Below are positions 1 to 9,309 of a DNA stretch of 64,000 bases, one piece after another; position 1 is the first letter of the stretch; every line of letters begins with the position of its first letter. The stretch spans positions 13,669-77,668 of the forward strand of contig DUKS01000002.1 of NCBI GenBank assembly GCA_013329215.1. Reading direction: 5' to 3'. The translations under genes were made by a program, and so were the position numbers. Source of the DNA: Nanobdellota archaeon (lineage in GTDB: Archaea; Nanobdellota; Nanobdellia; SCGC-AAA011-G17; GW2011-AR17). The notes under the pieces were generated by a model. It was not told the DNA's origin, did not search any database, and saw nothing but the letters and a program-made list of their open reading frames with translations.

Positions 1-1139
1 TAAAGCTTGCATTGGCGCTGCAGATGTTTGGAGGGGTTAAGAAATTCAAGAAAGACGGCACTGCGATAAGAGGAGACACGCATATTCTTTTGGTTGGGGA
101 CCCCGGGGTTGCAAAATCCCAAATGGTCATATTTGTTTCAAAATCAGCGCCTAAGGCAAGATTTGTTGCGGGTAAGGGCGCGTCAGGCGCAGGTCTGACA
201 GCGGCTGTTGTAAAAGACGAGTTCCTGAAAGGCTGGGCGCTTGAAGCAGGTGCGATGGTCCTTGCAGACAGGGGCATACTCTGCATTGATGAGCTGGACA
301 AGATGACAAAAGAGGACACTTCGGCGCTGCACGAGGCGCTTGAGCAGCAGCAGGTAAGCATTGCGAAAGCAAACATACAGGCAACGCTCAGGGCCGAAAC
401 CACAGTCCTTGCGGCTGCAAACCCAAAGCTCGGAAGATTCGATCCTTACGGTATAATCGGGGACCAGATAGACCTGCCCCCTGCATTAATCACAAGGTTT
501 GATTTGATTTTTATAATGAGAGACCTGCCGGACAAGGAGAGGGACGGCAATATTGCTGCGCAGGTTTTAATGAACCAGAGCCATATGGGCGCAGAGCCTG
601 AAATCAACCCTAGGCTGCTCAGAAAATATATAGCGTATGCAAAGCAGATAATGCCTGCATTGACAGAAGAGGCAAGGAACGAGATTAAAAATTTCTATGT
701 AAAGCTCAGGAACACAGGAACAAGCGGAGAGGGGATAAAGCCGATTCCAATCACGCCTAGGCACCTTGACGCAATAGTCAGGCTTGCAGAGGCTTCTGCG
801 AAAGTCAGGCTTGCAAAAGAAGTTTCAATAGAGGATGCGCACAGGGCAATTGATTTGCAGAGATACTGCCTTATGGAAGTAGGCCAGGACCCGGAGACAG
901 GGCAGATTGACATTGATAGGCTCAGCGGAATGCCTACAAAAGAAAGGGCGAAAATAGTTGGCATACGGGAGCTTATTTTTGAAATGAGCAAGGAAAAGAG
1001 GACAATACCTGTGCAGGAAATTATTGACGAGGCGGAGAAGAGGGGCATATCTGCTTTCAAGGCAGAGGAAGCAATAGAAAAGCTGAAGCGGGGCGGGGAT
1101 ATCTATGAGCCAAAGAAGGGATTCATAGAGAAGATATAA
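1..1139 (+). CDS. mcm: MCM replicative helicase, C-terminal AAA+ part; gene begins upstream of the window (5' partial)
   Basis: Walker A GDPGVAKSQ and Walker B ILCIDELDKM in MCM context; C-terminal winged helix; frame is open to the window edge upstream of the TTG at 12. Confidence 0.85.
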   Translation, partial: KLALALQMFGGVKKFKKDGTAIRGDTHILLVGDPGVAKSQMVIFVSKSAPKARFVAGKGASGAGLTAAVVKDEFLKGWALEAGAMVLADRGILCIDELDKMTKEDTSALHEALEQQQVSIAKANIQATLRAETTVLAAANPKLGRFDPYGIIGDQIDLPPALITRFDLIFIMRDLPDKERDGNIAAQVLMNQSHMGAEPEINPRLLRKYIAYAKQIMPALTEEARNEIKNFYVKLRNTGTSGEGIKPIPITPRHLDAIVRLAEASAKVRLAKEVSIEDAHRAIDLQRYCLMEVGQDPETGQIDIDRLSGMPTKERAKIVGIRELIFEMSKEKRTIPVQEIIDEAEKRGISAFKAEEAIEKLKRGGDIYEPKKGFIEKI

Positions 1140-1140
1140 A

Positions 1141-1773
1141 ATGGTGCAGAACAGGGCAACGGCTTACATATTCTGGATAAAGGACATAGTGAATGCTGTT
1201 CCGGAAATTACTCCTGAAGGGTTCAGGGTGTTTGGCATACATGGCAGGCAGGCAAAGAGGGTTAATGTAATCTCTGCGGTTATAGGCGCATATCAAAATG
1301 AGCCCAAGACATATTCGGCATTAACCCTTGATGACGGCTCGGGGCAGATACGGGTTAAGGCATGGGACGAGGACACCAAAGCCATTGCCGGGGTTTCAGT
1401 CGGCGACATTGCGCTTGTTGTCGGGCTATTGCATGAGTCAAACGGGGAAATATTCATAAGGCCGGAGCTGGCTAGAAAGCTCGGCGTTGAATGGGCATCT
1501 GCAAGAAAATCAGGCCTGCTTTCTTCTTATGGCAAGGCTCCTGCTGAGGGCAGGCTTAACGTAACCGAAGAATTAGTGGGCGAGCCTGTAGAGCCAACGA
1601 TGGAAGCACGAGGCAAGGTATTGTCCTTGATAGAAAGCCAGGGGCAGGTTGCTGTTGAAGATCTGATAAAGATATCAGGAATGCGCAGGGCTCTTGTTGA
1701 GAAAGTTGTTGAAGAGCTGATAAAGGACGGCGAGATATTCCAGCCAAAGGCGGGTTTTGTGCAGGTTCTTTGA
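1141..1773 (+). CDS. RPA32-like protein: OB-fold followed by C-terminal winged helix
   Basis: OB-fold-like segment (VNVISAVIG...LTLDDGSGQIRVKAW...VGDIALVVG) plus C-terminal wH; starts 2 nt after the mcm stop. Confidence 0.5.
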   Translation: MVQNRATAYIFWIKDIVNAVPEITPEGFRVFGIHGRQAKRVNVISAVIGAYQNEPKTYSALTLDDGSGQIRVKAWDEDTKAIAGVSVGDIALVVGLLHESNGEIFIRPELARKLGVEWASARKSGLLSSYGKAPAEGRLNVTEELVGEPVEPTMEARGKVLSLIESQGQVAVEDLIKISGMRRALVEKVVEELIKDGEIFQPKAGFVQVL

Positions 1774-1825
1774 AGAGGCAAAACCAGCCAAAAGCTTATA
1801 AATGCCCCTGCAATAAGGTTTGCTT

Positions 1826-2251
1826 ATGGCTGATGAAATACAGGATTATGCACAGCTCCTGAAAAGGGCAAGGGAAACGCTGCCTGAGGTGGCGCTTAAA
1901 TCAGAAAGATTTGAGATTCCCAAGGTAAAAGGGCATGTGCAGGGCAATAAGACATTCGTGGCAAATTTTATAGATATCTGCAATGTTTTCAGGAGAGAGC
2001 CTGCGCAGCTTTTGAAGTACCTGCAGAGGGAGCTTGCAACACCTGCTTCAATAGACGGACCAAGGCTTGTGCTTGGAAGGAAGCTGACTTCCATTCTTAT
2101 AAACGGCAAGGTAGAGCAGTTTGCAAGGGATTTTGTGTTGTGCCCGGAGTGCAACAGGCCGGATACGCAACTTAAGAAAGAAGGCAATGTGCTTGTGATG
2201 CACTGTACAGCATGCGGAGCAAAGCACCCTGTGAGGGCAAAGATTGCCTGA
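1826..2251 (+). CDS. eif2b: Translation initiation factor 2 beta subunit (aIF2beta)
   Basis: MADEIQDY start; zinc ribbon FVLCPECNRPDT...HCTACGA; TATA ttataaat at 1796-1803, 23 nt upstream of the ATG; the ORF track's 1820 start is a TTG. Confidence 0.85.
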   Translation: MADEIQDYAQLLKRARETLPEVALKSERFEIPKVKGHVQGNKTFVANFIDICNVFRREPAQLLKYLQRELATPASIDGPRLVLGRKLTSILINGKVEQFARDFVLCPECNRPDTQLKKEGNVLVMHCTACGAKHPVRAKIA

Positions 2252-2259
2252 AGGCAACC

Positions 2260-2550
2260 ATGGGCAAAATATTGATAAAAATCCATGAGAGTGGGGTTGT
2301 TTCTCTGTGTGATGCAAATCTTCTTGGCAAGTCATTTGAAGAGGGAGATTTTTGCCTTGATGTAAGCGAGCACTTTTTCAAAGGCGAGGAACGGACAGAG
2401 GAATATATTGCCGGGATGCTCCAAAGCGCCGGAAACGCTGCAATAGTGGGCAAGGATTCTGTGGATTTGGCTGTCAAGCATGGCATTATAAGTAAGGACT
2501 GCGTAAGAAAAGTAGGCAAGGTTCCTTTTGCCTATCTGTTTGCGGTGTAA
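2260..2550 (+). CDS. Small conserved archaeal hypothetical protein (possibly DUF424-like)
   Basis: ORF starting MGKILIKIHESGVV; the earlier part of the track ORF overlaps eif2b and is probably not coding. Confidence 0.4.
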   Translation: MGKILIKIHESGVVSLCDANLLGKSFEEGDFCLDVSEHFFKGEERTEEYIAGMLQSAGNAAIVGKDSVDLAVKHGIISKDCVRKVGKVPFAYLFAV

Positions 2551-2905
2551 AATGGGCCACGATACTCCAAAACATGCGGAATACTATGAAGCGATAATAC
2601 AGCTTAGGCCTGCAACAGAAGAAATACTGCGCTTTATACTTAATAGGGTAAAGGAAAGAAGCAAAAACGTTCATATCTCAAAACTAAAAGAGCTTCCTAC
2701 CGGTGTTGATATCTATATCTCTTCTCAAAGCTATGCGCGCTCGATAGGAAAGAAGCTGAAAAGGAGCTTTCAGGGAGACTTAAAGGTAACAAGGACCCTT
2801 CACACGCAGGACCGCATGAGCGGGAAACAGCTTTACAGGGCGACAGTGCTTTTCAGGCTCAAGCCTAAGGAAGAAACTGAAGAAATACAGGAAGAAGACT
2901 TATAG
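2528..2905 (+). CDS. Short NMD3-family-like protein (zinc-ribbon N-terminus plus an NMD3 N-domain-like segment)
   Basis: CLRC motif; EAIIQLR...GVDIYISS pattern reminiscent of the NMD3 N-terminal region; much shorter than full NMD3. Confidence 0.35.
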   Translation: MPICLRCKMGHDTPKHAEYYEAIIQLRPATEEILRFILNRVKERSKNVHISKLKELPTGVDIYISSQSYARSIGKKLKRSFQGDLKVTRTLHTQDRMSGKQLYRATVLFRLKPKEETEEIQEEDL

Positions 2906-3592
2906 GTTTCTTATCTCACATCTTTTAACATAAGGCCTTGCGGCATCTGCGAACGCCTTTAGCGCCTCTTCTGTGTATGCCTTTTCTGTTTTAAATGAAC
3001 TGTCAAGCAGTTCGTTGCTCCGTTCAAACTGCTGTATGCATAATTTTCTTGAGCCCTTGAGCATTGCACAAATGTTGCTGAAATCGGTTTCATTCACCAG
3101 TTTTGGCAGCATTGTTGTCCTGAATTCATAATCAATCCCAGATGATTTAAGGATTTCTATGCTTTGCATTATCTTATTTGTTTCCACGCTTGTGCCTGCC
3201 GCCGTATTATAGCTGCCAAGGGAAGATTTTATGTCCATTGCTGCATAGTCAACAATATTCTGTTTGATTGCTTTCTGCAGCATTTCAGGATTTGACCCGT
3301 TCGTGTCGAGCTTTACAAGCAGCCCCAGCCCCTTGATCTCCCTCATAAAAGAAAGCAGGCCCTTATGTATAGTGGGTTCCCCTCCTGTGATGCAAACGCC
3401 GTCAATCAATGCACTGCGTTTTTTAAGGAATGCAATAACTTCGCTTTTGCTTATCTCCTCGCCTTTATTTGCCACCAAGCCGGGGTTGTGGCAGAACGGG
3501 CACCTGAAATTGCATCCTCCGAGAAATATTACAGACGCAACTTTGCCGGGATAATCCACAAGCGATGTTTTTTTTAGGCCCAGGATTCTCAT
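2900..3592 (-). CDS. nrdG: Anaerobic ribonucleotide reductase activating protein (radical SAM), NrdG
   Basis: GCNFRCPFCHNPG radical-SAM cluster motif; ATG at 3592 lies 1 nt after the nrdD stop; the longer track ORF is an upstream extension. Confidence 0.85.
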   Translation of the reverse strand: MRILGLKKTSLVDYPGKVASVIFLGGCNFRCPFCHNPGLVANKGEEISKSEVIAFLKKRSALIDGVCITGGEPTIHKGLLSFMREIKGLGLLVKLDTNGSNPEMLQKAIKQNIVDYAAMDIKSSLGSYNTAAGTSVETNKIMQSIEILKSSGIDYEFRTTMLPKLVNETDFSNICAMLKGSRKLCIQQFERSNELLDSSFKTEKAYTEEALKAFADAARPYVKRCEIRNL

Positions 3593-3593
3593 C

Positions 3594-5741
3594 TTACATC
3601 GAAAACTTAAACGCTCCCTTTTTTGACGCGCTTTCAAGGCTCCTTTTTTCGCAGTATTCCTTTCTTTCCTTGAACTCTTCCCTTTTGCCGTCATTCCAGC
3701 TTTGGACAGGCCTGTAGTATCCCACAACCCTGGAAAACACCTCGCAGCCCTTGCCGCATACGCTGTTTCCTGTTTCGTGCGAGCACAACCACTTTTCTCC
3801 CTTAAGATAGCCGTGGTCGGGGCAGACGCTGAATGTCGGCGTTATTGTGAAGTATGGCAGCTTGTAGTTGTGGACAATCTTTTTAACCAGCTGCTTGCAT
3901 GCTTCCGAGTCTGATATTCTTTCCCCTACAAATCCGTGCAGCACAGTCCCTCCTGTATATTTGCACTGCAGCTCATCCTGGTGGTCCAGCGCTTCAAAAA
4001 TGTCGTCTGTGTAGCCTACCGGCAGGTGCGTGCTGTTTGTATAGTAAGGCACTTCTTTCCCCGCCGTAAGAATATTAGGGAACTTTGCCTTGTCCATCTT
4101 TGCAAGGCGGTAGCTGCATCCTTCGCCCGGGGTTGCTTCAAGGTTATAGCTGTCGTTCGTGCTGTCCTGGTAGTGCTTAAGCTCATTTCTCATTATATCA
4201 AGGGTTTTCAGCGCAAACTTTCTTCCCTCAGTTGACGCAATGTTTGTGCCGAACAGGTTCAGGCATGCTTCATTCATGCCGATAAGCCCAATTGTATTGA
4301 AGTGATTGTTCCAGTATTTGCCGCTGGATTCCTTAACGCCTGAAAGATACCTTCTTGCATACGGATAGAGCCCTTTTTCAGTGAAATTCTCTACGCTTTT
4401 CCTTTTTATATCCAGGCTGTCTTTTGCTATTTTCATAAGCGCGAGCACGCGCTCCATGAACTCTGTTTCATTTTTAGAGGTGTATGCTGCCCTGGGCATA
4501 TTCAGTGTGACAACTCCCAGGCTGCCTGTGAGCGGGTTTGCCGCAAACAGCCCGCCGCTTCTCTTCCTTAACTCCCTGTTGTCAAGCCGCAGCCTGCAGC
4601 ACATGCTCCTGACATCGTCGGGCTGCATTTCAGAGTTCACAAAATTCCCAAAGTAAGGTATTCCCAGCTTTGATGTTATTTCAAACAGGTCATCAAGCAC
4701 CGGGTTGTCCCAATCGAGGTTTTTTGTAATATTATAAGTGGGAATTGGGAATGTGAATACCCTTCCTTTTGCATCTCCTTCTGCCATAACTTCTATGTAC
4801 GCCTTGTTGATAGTATCTATTTCATTCTGGAATTCGCCGTAAGTCTCAGGCATCACTTTGCCTCCTATAATTACCGGTGTATGCTTTAGCATATCCGGCA
4901 CAGTGAGGTCTATTGTTATATTTGTAAACGGCGTTTGAAAACCAACTCTTGTGGGAACATTCATGTTAAAGATGAATTCCTGCAAAGCCTGCTTTGTTTC
5001 CTTGTAATTAAGCTTATCATATCTTATGAACGGGGCGAGAAGCGTGCTTACATTTGAAACAGCCTGCGCGCCGGCGCTTTCCCCCTGCAGCGTGTAAAAG
5101 AAGTTTGTTATCTGGCCGAGAATTGCCCGGAAGTGCTTTGCCGGCTTGCTTTCCACTTTTTCGCTTACCCCTCCGAACCCCTTTACCAGCAGCTCCTGCA
5201 GGTCCCAGCCGCAACAATATGCGCTTAAAATCTGCAGGTCATGCAAATGAAGGTCTCCTTCAATGTGCGCGTTCCTGACCTCCGGCGGGTATACCTTGTG
5301 CAGCCAGTAGTTTGAGCTGACAATCGAAGAGATATGGTTATTCAGCCCCTGCAGTGAATAGCTCATGTTGCTGTTTTCCTTGACACGCCAGTCAAGCAGG
5401 TTAAGATATCCATCCATAATCTCGTTTGAGTTTACAAAAGACTGGAACTCCCTTATTCTTTTGTGCTGTTCCCTGTAAATGATGTAGGCCTTTGCTGTCT
5501 GCGCATGCCCTTCTTCGATCAGTGTCTTTTCAACTGCATCCTGCACATCTTCCACGCTTGGAATATCCTTTTCATTGAACCCCCGCTTGCCGAGGAGCTC
5601 AACAACCATTTCAGCAAGCTCGTCCGACCTTCCCCTGTCTGTCCCCCCAACGGATTTTGCCGCCCTGAAGATTGCTTCGCTTATCTTGTTCTTGTTAAAA
5701 AGTACAATCTCGCCTGTCCTTTTCTTTATTTGTGATATCAT
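3594..5741 (-). CDS. nrdD: Anaerobic (class III) ribonucleoside-triphosphate reductase NrdD
   Basis: N-terminal ATP-cone; C-terminal Zn site CPDHGY...CSHETGNSVCGKGC; glycyl-radical motif RVVGYY; GGGGG Shine-Dalgarno-like sequence 8 nt upstream. Confidence 0.9.
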   Translation of the reverse strand: MISQIKKRTGEIVLFNKNKISEAIFRAAKSVGGTDRGRSDELAEMVVELLGKRGFNEKDIPSVEDVQDAVEKTLIEEGHAQTAKAYIIYREQHKRIREFQSFVNSNEIMDGYLNLLDWRVKENSNMSYSLQGLNNHISSIVSSNYWLHKVYPPEVRNAHIEGDLHLHDLQILSAYCCGWDLQELLVKGFGGVSEKVESKPAKHFRAILGQITNFFYTLQGESAGAQAVSNVSTLLAPFIRYDKLNYKETKQALQEFIFNMNVPTRVGFQTPFTNITIDLTVPDMLKHTPVIIGGKVMPETYGEFQNEIDTINKAYIEVMAEGDAKGRVFTFPIPTYNITKNLDWDNPVLDDLFEITSKLGIPYFGNFVNSEMQPDDVRSMCCRLRLDNRELRKRSGGLFAANPLTGSLGVVTLNMPRAAYTSKNETEFMERVLALMKIAKDSLDIKRKSVENFTEKGLYPYARRYLSGVKESSGKYWNNHFNTIGLIGMNEACLNLFGTNIASTEGRKFALKTLDIMRNELKHYQDSTNDSYNLEATPGEGCSYRLAKMDKAKFPNILTAGKEVPYYTNSTHLPVGYTDDIFEALDHQDELQCKYTGGTVLHGFVGERISDSEACKQLVKKIVHNYKLPYFTITPTFSVCPDHGYLKGEKWLCSHETGNSVCGKGCEVFSRVVGYYRPVQSWNDGKREEFKERKEYCEKRSLESASKKGAFKFSM

Positions 5742-5773
5742 CTTGCGCCCCCTTACCGCCTCTTTTTAATGGC

Positions 5774-6226
5774 TTATTTCTTCAGCAACTTCTTCAGTTC
5801 CTCGTGGAATGATTCCACATCCTCAAATTCCCTGTATACTGAAGCGAACCTTATGTACGCGACCTTGTCCAGCTTTTTAAGTGCAGCCATGACGAGCTCG
5901 CCTATCTTCTTGCTGGGAATCTCTGTTTCGCCAAGCCCCGCAATCTTCATCTCTATTTCCCCTACAGCCCTGCCAATCATATCCCTCGAGATGGGCCTTT
6001 TTTCGCAGGCCTTTGTAATGCCTCCCATAAGCTTATCACGGTTGAACTGCTCCCGCCTTCCGTCTTTTTTGATTACAATCACGTTTGAGGTTTCGAGCCT
6101 TTCGTAAGTTGTGAACCGCTTCTTGCATTTTGGGCATTCGCGCCTGCGCCTGATTGAGTCTTCTTCATCGCTGTCCCTGCTGTCCAAAACGCGGGTGTCT
6201 TTGTGCCTGCAGTAAGGACATTTCAT
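5774..6226 (-). CDS. nrdR: Transcriptional repressor NrdR (zinc ribbon plus ATP-cone)
   Basis: MKCPYCRHKDTRVLDSR...CPKCKKRFTTYE zinc ribbon followed by an ATP-cone; directly upstream of nrdD-nrdG. Confidence 0.85.
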   Translation of the reverse strand: MKCPYCRHKDTRVLDSRDSDEEDSIRRRRECPKCKKRFTTYERLETSNVIVIKKDGRREQFNRDKLMGGITKACEKRPISRDMIGRAVGEIEMKIAGLGETEIPSKKIGELVMAALKKLDKVAYIRFASVYREFEDVESFHEELKKLLKK

Positions 6227-6236
6227 TTTGACTCTT

Positions 6237-6252
6237 CCACCAGATATTGTGC
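6237..6252 (-). promoter_or_regulatory. Candidate NrdR box between the TATA box (6255-6268) and the nrdR start
   Basis: Minus-strand gCACAATATCTGGTGg versus consensus aCACwAtATaTwGTGt (12 of 14 core positions); TATA cttattttaaaaag about 27 nt upstream of the ATG. Confidence 0.4.
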
Positions 6253-6417
6253 CTCTTTTTAAAATAAGATACTATACCTTGCGTTTTTACGGTATTTAAA
6301 GATTTGTGTTTTGCAAAAGTGGTTTTTGAACAATTATATTGCAGTGCAGGCTTGTTCACCTCGTTGGGGCACCAGGCTCTTTCAGTTCGTTAATTTCCTT
6401 CGTTACACTCGGAAACC

Positions 6418-6425
6418 TTTATAAA
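6418..6425 (+). promoter_or_regulatory. TATA box of the aIF1A promoter (leaderless)
   Basis: tttataaa 23 nt upstream of the ATG at 6449. Confidence 0.5.
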
Positions 6426-6448
6426 CTATACGGCATAAATTACTGTTT

Positions 6449-6796
6449 ATGTCAATAGCAGAGCGAATGGCTGAGGAAAAGGCTGCAAAAGAAGCAGAGG
6501 AGATTTCACGAGTCAAGCTTCCGAGGGGCAACCAGGTAATAGGGGTTCTTGAAGCAAGGCTCGGCGGCAGCAGAATGAGAGTCAGGTGCTTTGACAACAA
6601 GACAAGGATATGCAGGATTCCCGGCAGGTTAAAGAAAAAGCTGTGGGTCAGGGATGGCGATACTGTTCTGGTTGAGCCGTGGGAGCTCGGCGGCAATGAA
6701 AAAGGCGATGTGGTTTATGTTTATACCAGAAACCAAGTAAGGTGGCTCAAGAACAAGGGCCTGGTAAAGGAAGTTGCTGTATCAGAAGAATTTTAA
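6449..6796 (+). CDS. eif1a: Translation initiation factor 1A (aIF1A), S1-like OB fold
   Basis: GNQVIGVLEARLGGSRMRVRCFDNKTRICRIPGRLKKKLWVRDGDTVLVEPW. Confidence 0.9.
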   Translation: MSIAERMAEEKAAKEAEEISRVKLPRGNQVIGVLEARLGGSRMRVRCFDNKTRICRIPGRLKKKLWVRDGDTVLVEPWELGGNEKGDVVYVYTRNQVRWLKNKGLVKEVAVSEEF

Positions 6797-7774
6797 TTGT
6801 TTAATCAAAAGATAAATCTATTGTTATGGTTTAAAATGCTTGACCCTAAGATAAAAGCGGACTTTGAAAGGCAGGGATACAGGATAGTGGGAAACCACTC
6901 GGCTGTAAAGGTATGCCTGTGGTGCAAGAAATCCATAACAGGAAAGGATAAGTGCTACAAAAACACGTTTTATGGCATCCAGAGCCACCGCTGCATACAG
7001 TCTTCAGTTTCGCTGCTTAACTGCACGCACAAGTGCGAGTTCTGCTGGCGTTGCCTTGATTTCACCGTGCCTAAATCAGTTGAAAACCCGGACAATCCAT
7101 CATTTATCCTTGACGGCCTGATACGCGGGCATAAAGAATCCCTGCAGGGCTTCAAGGGCAACAAGGATGTGACTAAAAAGCTGTTTAACGAAGCGATGAA
7201 TCCAAGGCATGTTGCTTTGTCGCTTGCAGGTGAGGCGACGCTTTACCCTTATCTTCCTGCCCTGTTAGAGGAGATCCAGAAAAGGAAGATGACTTCTTTC
7301 CTTGTGACAAACGGCACAATGCCTGAAATGCTTGAAAAGCTTTTGAAACACAAGCCCACACAGCTTTATATTACGCTGCCTGCACCGGATGAGGAGACTT
7401 ACAAAAGAACATGCAAGCCTCTTTTAAAGGATTCATGGCAACTGCTGATGAAATCGCTTGCATTATTGCATAAGTTTGGCAGGGGCACTGTCCGGCTTAC
7501 GCTTGTTAAGGGCCTTAATATGATTAACCCGGAAGGGTATGCGGAGCTGATTAAAAAGGCGAAACCTTTATTTGTTGAATTGAAAGCGGCAATGCCTGTC
7601 GGTTATGCACAGTACAGGATGGCTTATGAGCAGATGCCAAGCCATGCGGAGATATTGGATTTTGCAAAAAAAATATGCACGGAAACAGGCTTAAAGACTG
7701 TTGATGAAAAGCCCAATTCAAGGGTTGTTCTGCTGATGAAAAAGGACAAGAAAAGCAGGAAAATAAAACTTTAA
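6797..7774 (+). CDS. taw1: tRNA 4-demethylwyosine synthase Taw1/TYW1 (radical SAM)
   Basis: VGNHSAVKVCLWCKK...CTHKCEFCWR; start may be the internal M at 6836. Confidence 0.85.
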   Translation: MFNQKINLLLWFKMLDPKIKADFERQGYRIVGNHSAVKVCLWCKKSITGKDKCYKNTFYGIQSHRCIQSSVSLLNCTHKCEFCWRCLDFTVPKSVENPDNPSFILDGLIRGHKESLQGFKGNKDVTKKLFNEAMNPRHVALSLAGEATLYPYLPALLEEIQKRKMTSFLVTNGTMPEMLEKLLKHKPTQLYITLPAPDEETYKRTCKPLLKDSWQLLMKSLALLHKFGRGTVRLTLVKGLNMINPEGYAELIKKAKPLFVELKAAMPVGYAQYRMAYEQMPSHAEILDFAKKICTETGLKTVDEKPNSRVVLLMKKDKKSRKIKL

Positions 7775-7829
7775 CCCAATTATCATTTTCGATAGATATA
7801 AAAATAACCTTAAATAAGAAGAGGATAAA

Positions 7830-8384
7830 ATGAAGATAGAAACCAAGAGACTAATTTTAAGAGAATGGAATAAAAAAGATGCTGGTGATTTGGTTGAAGG
7901 GCTGAATAATCTGGAAGTTACAAAATGGCTTACATTTGCCCCTTATCCCTATACAAAGAAAGATGCAAAAGAGTGGATAAATTATTGCATTAAACTTTCC
8001 AAAAAAGGAAGCAAAAGAGAATCCTATGAGTTTGCTATCGAACTTAAGTCTGGAAAAAAAGTTATTGGCGGCGTGAGCCTTAACAAAATAAATAGATTTC
8101 AAGGAACAGCCGGCGGAGGAATATGGCTTAATAAAAACTATCAGGATAAGGGATATGGCTCAGAAGCATTCGGCGTAAGGCTAAATTTTGCCTTTAATCA
8201 ACTAAAATTAAGAAGAATTGAGAATGGCTTTCTTAAGGGGAATAAATCTTCATTCAAGATGCTTAAAAGATTGGGCTATAAGCTTGAGGGAATGAAGAGA
8301 GAAGCTTTTAGATGCAAGGCAGACGGGAAACTAAAAGATGAATATATAATGGGCTTGTTAAGGAAAGAGTGGAAGAAAAATTAA
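7830..8384 (+). CDS. GNAT family N-acetyltransferase (RimL-like)
   Basis: KRLILREW...GYGSEA acetyl-CoA binding motif region. Confidence 0.8.
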   Translation: MKIETKRLILREWNKKDAGDLVEGLNNLEVTKWLTFAPYPYTKKDAKEWINYCIKLSKKGSKRESYEFAIELKSGKKVIGGVSLNKINRFQGTAGGGIWLNKNYQDKGYGSEAFGVRLNFAFNQLKLRRIENGFLKGNKSSFKMLKRLGYKLEGMKREAFRCKADGKLKDEYIMGLLRKEWKKN

Positions 8385-8971
8385 ACTTTAAGCAAAGCGC
8401 CCAACGGCCCTGGGTTTATCACAAATGTTTTCTCAATCCTATCCGTGCTGCCTCCGGTTTCATGCAAATGCCCTGAAATAGCAGCCATTGGCTTTGCATC
8501 TTCTATGAAGTGTCTTATTGATTTGCATCCCCTGTGCCCCATCCCAGGCAATAGGTCCAGGTTTGTCCCATAAGGCGGTCCGTGCGTAATCAGGATAATC
8601 TTTTTTCCTTTCGCATCAGCCTGCACGCGCTTTCCTATTCTTTCAAACTCAGGGTTTCTTTCAGAAAACCCGCCGCCGCCAAATCCGAAGAAGAGATAGC
8701 CGCCAAAGTCATATGCGGCCCGGTGTAAGTATATGCAGAATGGGTATTTTTTGCAGACCTCCGCCATCTCTCTTTCGCTTTCATGGTTTCCGGGGATTAT
8801 TATCAAGGGCTTTTTCGCCTGTTCCAGCATCTTAATCCACTTCTCTGTCCCCTCTCCCCACATGGTAAGGTCGCCTGCGCAAACAAGAATGTCTGCCTGC
8901 TTTGATTTTTTTAATATTGCCTCAATGGCTTTTTTTGAGCCGTGCGTGTCAACGAATGCGAGGATATTCAT
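8381..8971 (-). CDS. Calcineurin-like metallophosphoesterase
   Basis: MNILAFVDTHG...VCAGDL...IIPGNHE; ATG at 8971; the track ORF has an N-terminal extension. Confidence 0.8.
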   Translation of the reverse strand: MNILAFVDTHGSKKAIEAILKKSKQADILVCAGDLTMWGEGTEKWIKMLEQAKKPLIIIPGNHESEREMAEVCKKYPFCIYLHRAAYDFGGYLFFGFGGGGFSERNPEFERIGKRVQADAKGKKIILITHGPPYGTNLDLLPGMGHRGCKSIRHFIEDAKPMAAISGHLHETGGSTDRIEKTFVINPGPLGALLKV

Positions 8972-8996
8972 GAAAACCGCCTTTGCCGCATCTTTG

Positions 8997-9296
8997 CTAT
9001 ACCCTGCTCGGCTCTTTTTTGTCCTGCCACTTTTCTTTGCTGAACAGCCCTGCGATCGAAACAATCACGCTGGATGCAAGATAGGCTGTTACAAAAAGCA
9101 GCATCATTCTTGGAAATGTCAGCATATACTGGCCTGGATTTAAAACCAGCCGATAACCTGCAAGAGGTATGATTCTTGAAGCACAGCTGTCTGAGCACAT
9201 CTCGAGAAAGCCGGGCACTACGAAAGACAATGCTGCATAAAGCACTATCTTAGGCACCGTCGGCCTGAAGAACCCGATAATAAAGTTTTTCTGCAT
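8997..9296 (-). CDS. Hypothetical small membrane protein
   Basis: Hydrophobic segments; located between the phosphoesterase and porB on the same strand. Confidence 0.3.
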   Translation of the reverse strand: MQKNFIIGFFRPTVPKIVLYAALSFVVPGFLEMCSDSCASRIIPLAGYRLVLNPGQYMLTFPRMMLLFVTAYLASSVIVSIAGLFSKEKWQDKKEPSRV

Positions 9297-9309
9297 TTTG
9301 CCCTGTGTT

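Noticed and set aside
3593-3727. N-terminal 45-aa extension of the nrdG ORF in the track
   Set aside because: It overlaps the nrdD 3' end and is Lys/Arg-rich. The conserved radical-SAM protein begins at the internal ATG (3592), which is placed 1 nt after the nrdD stop.
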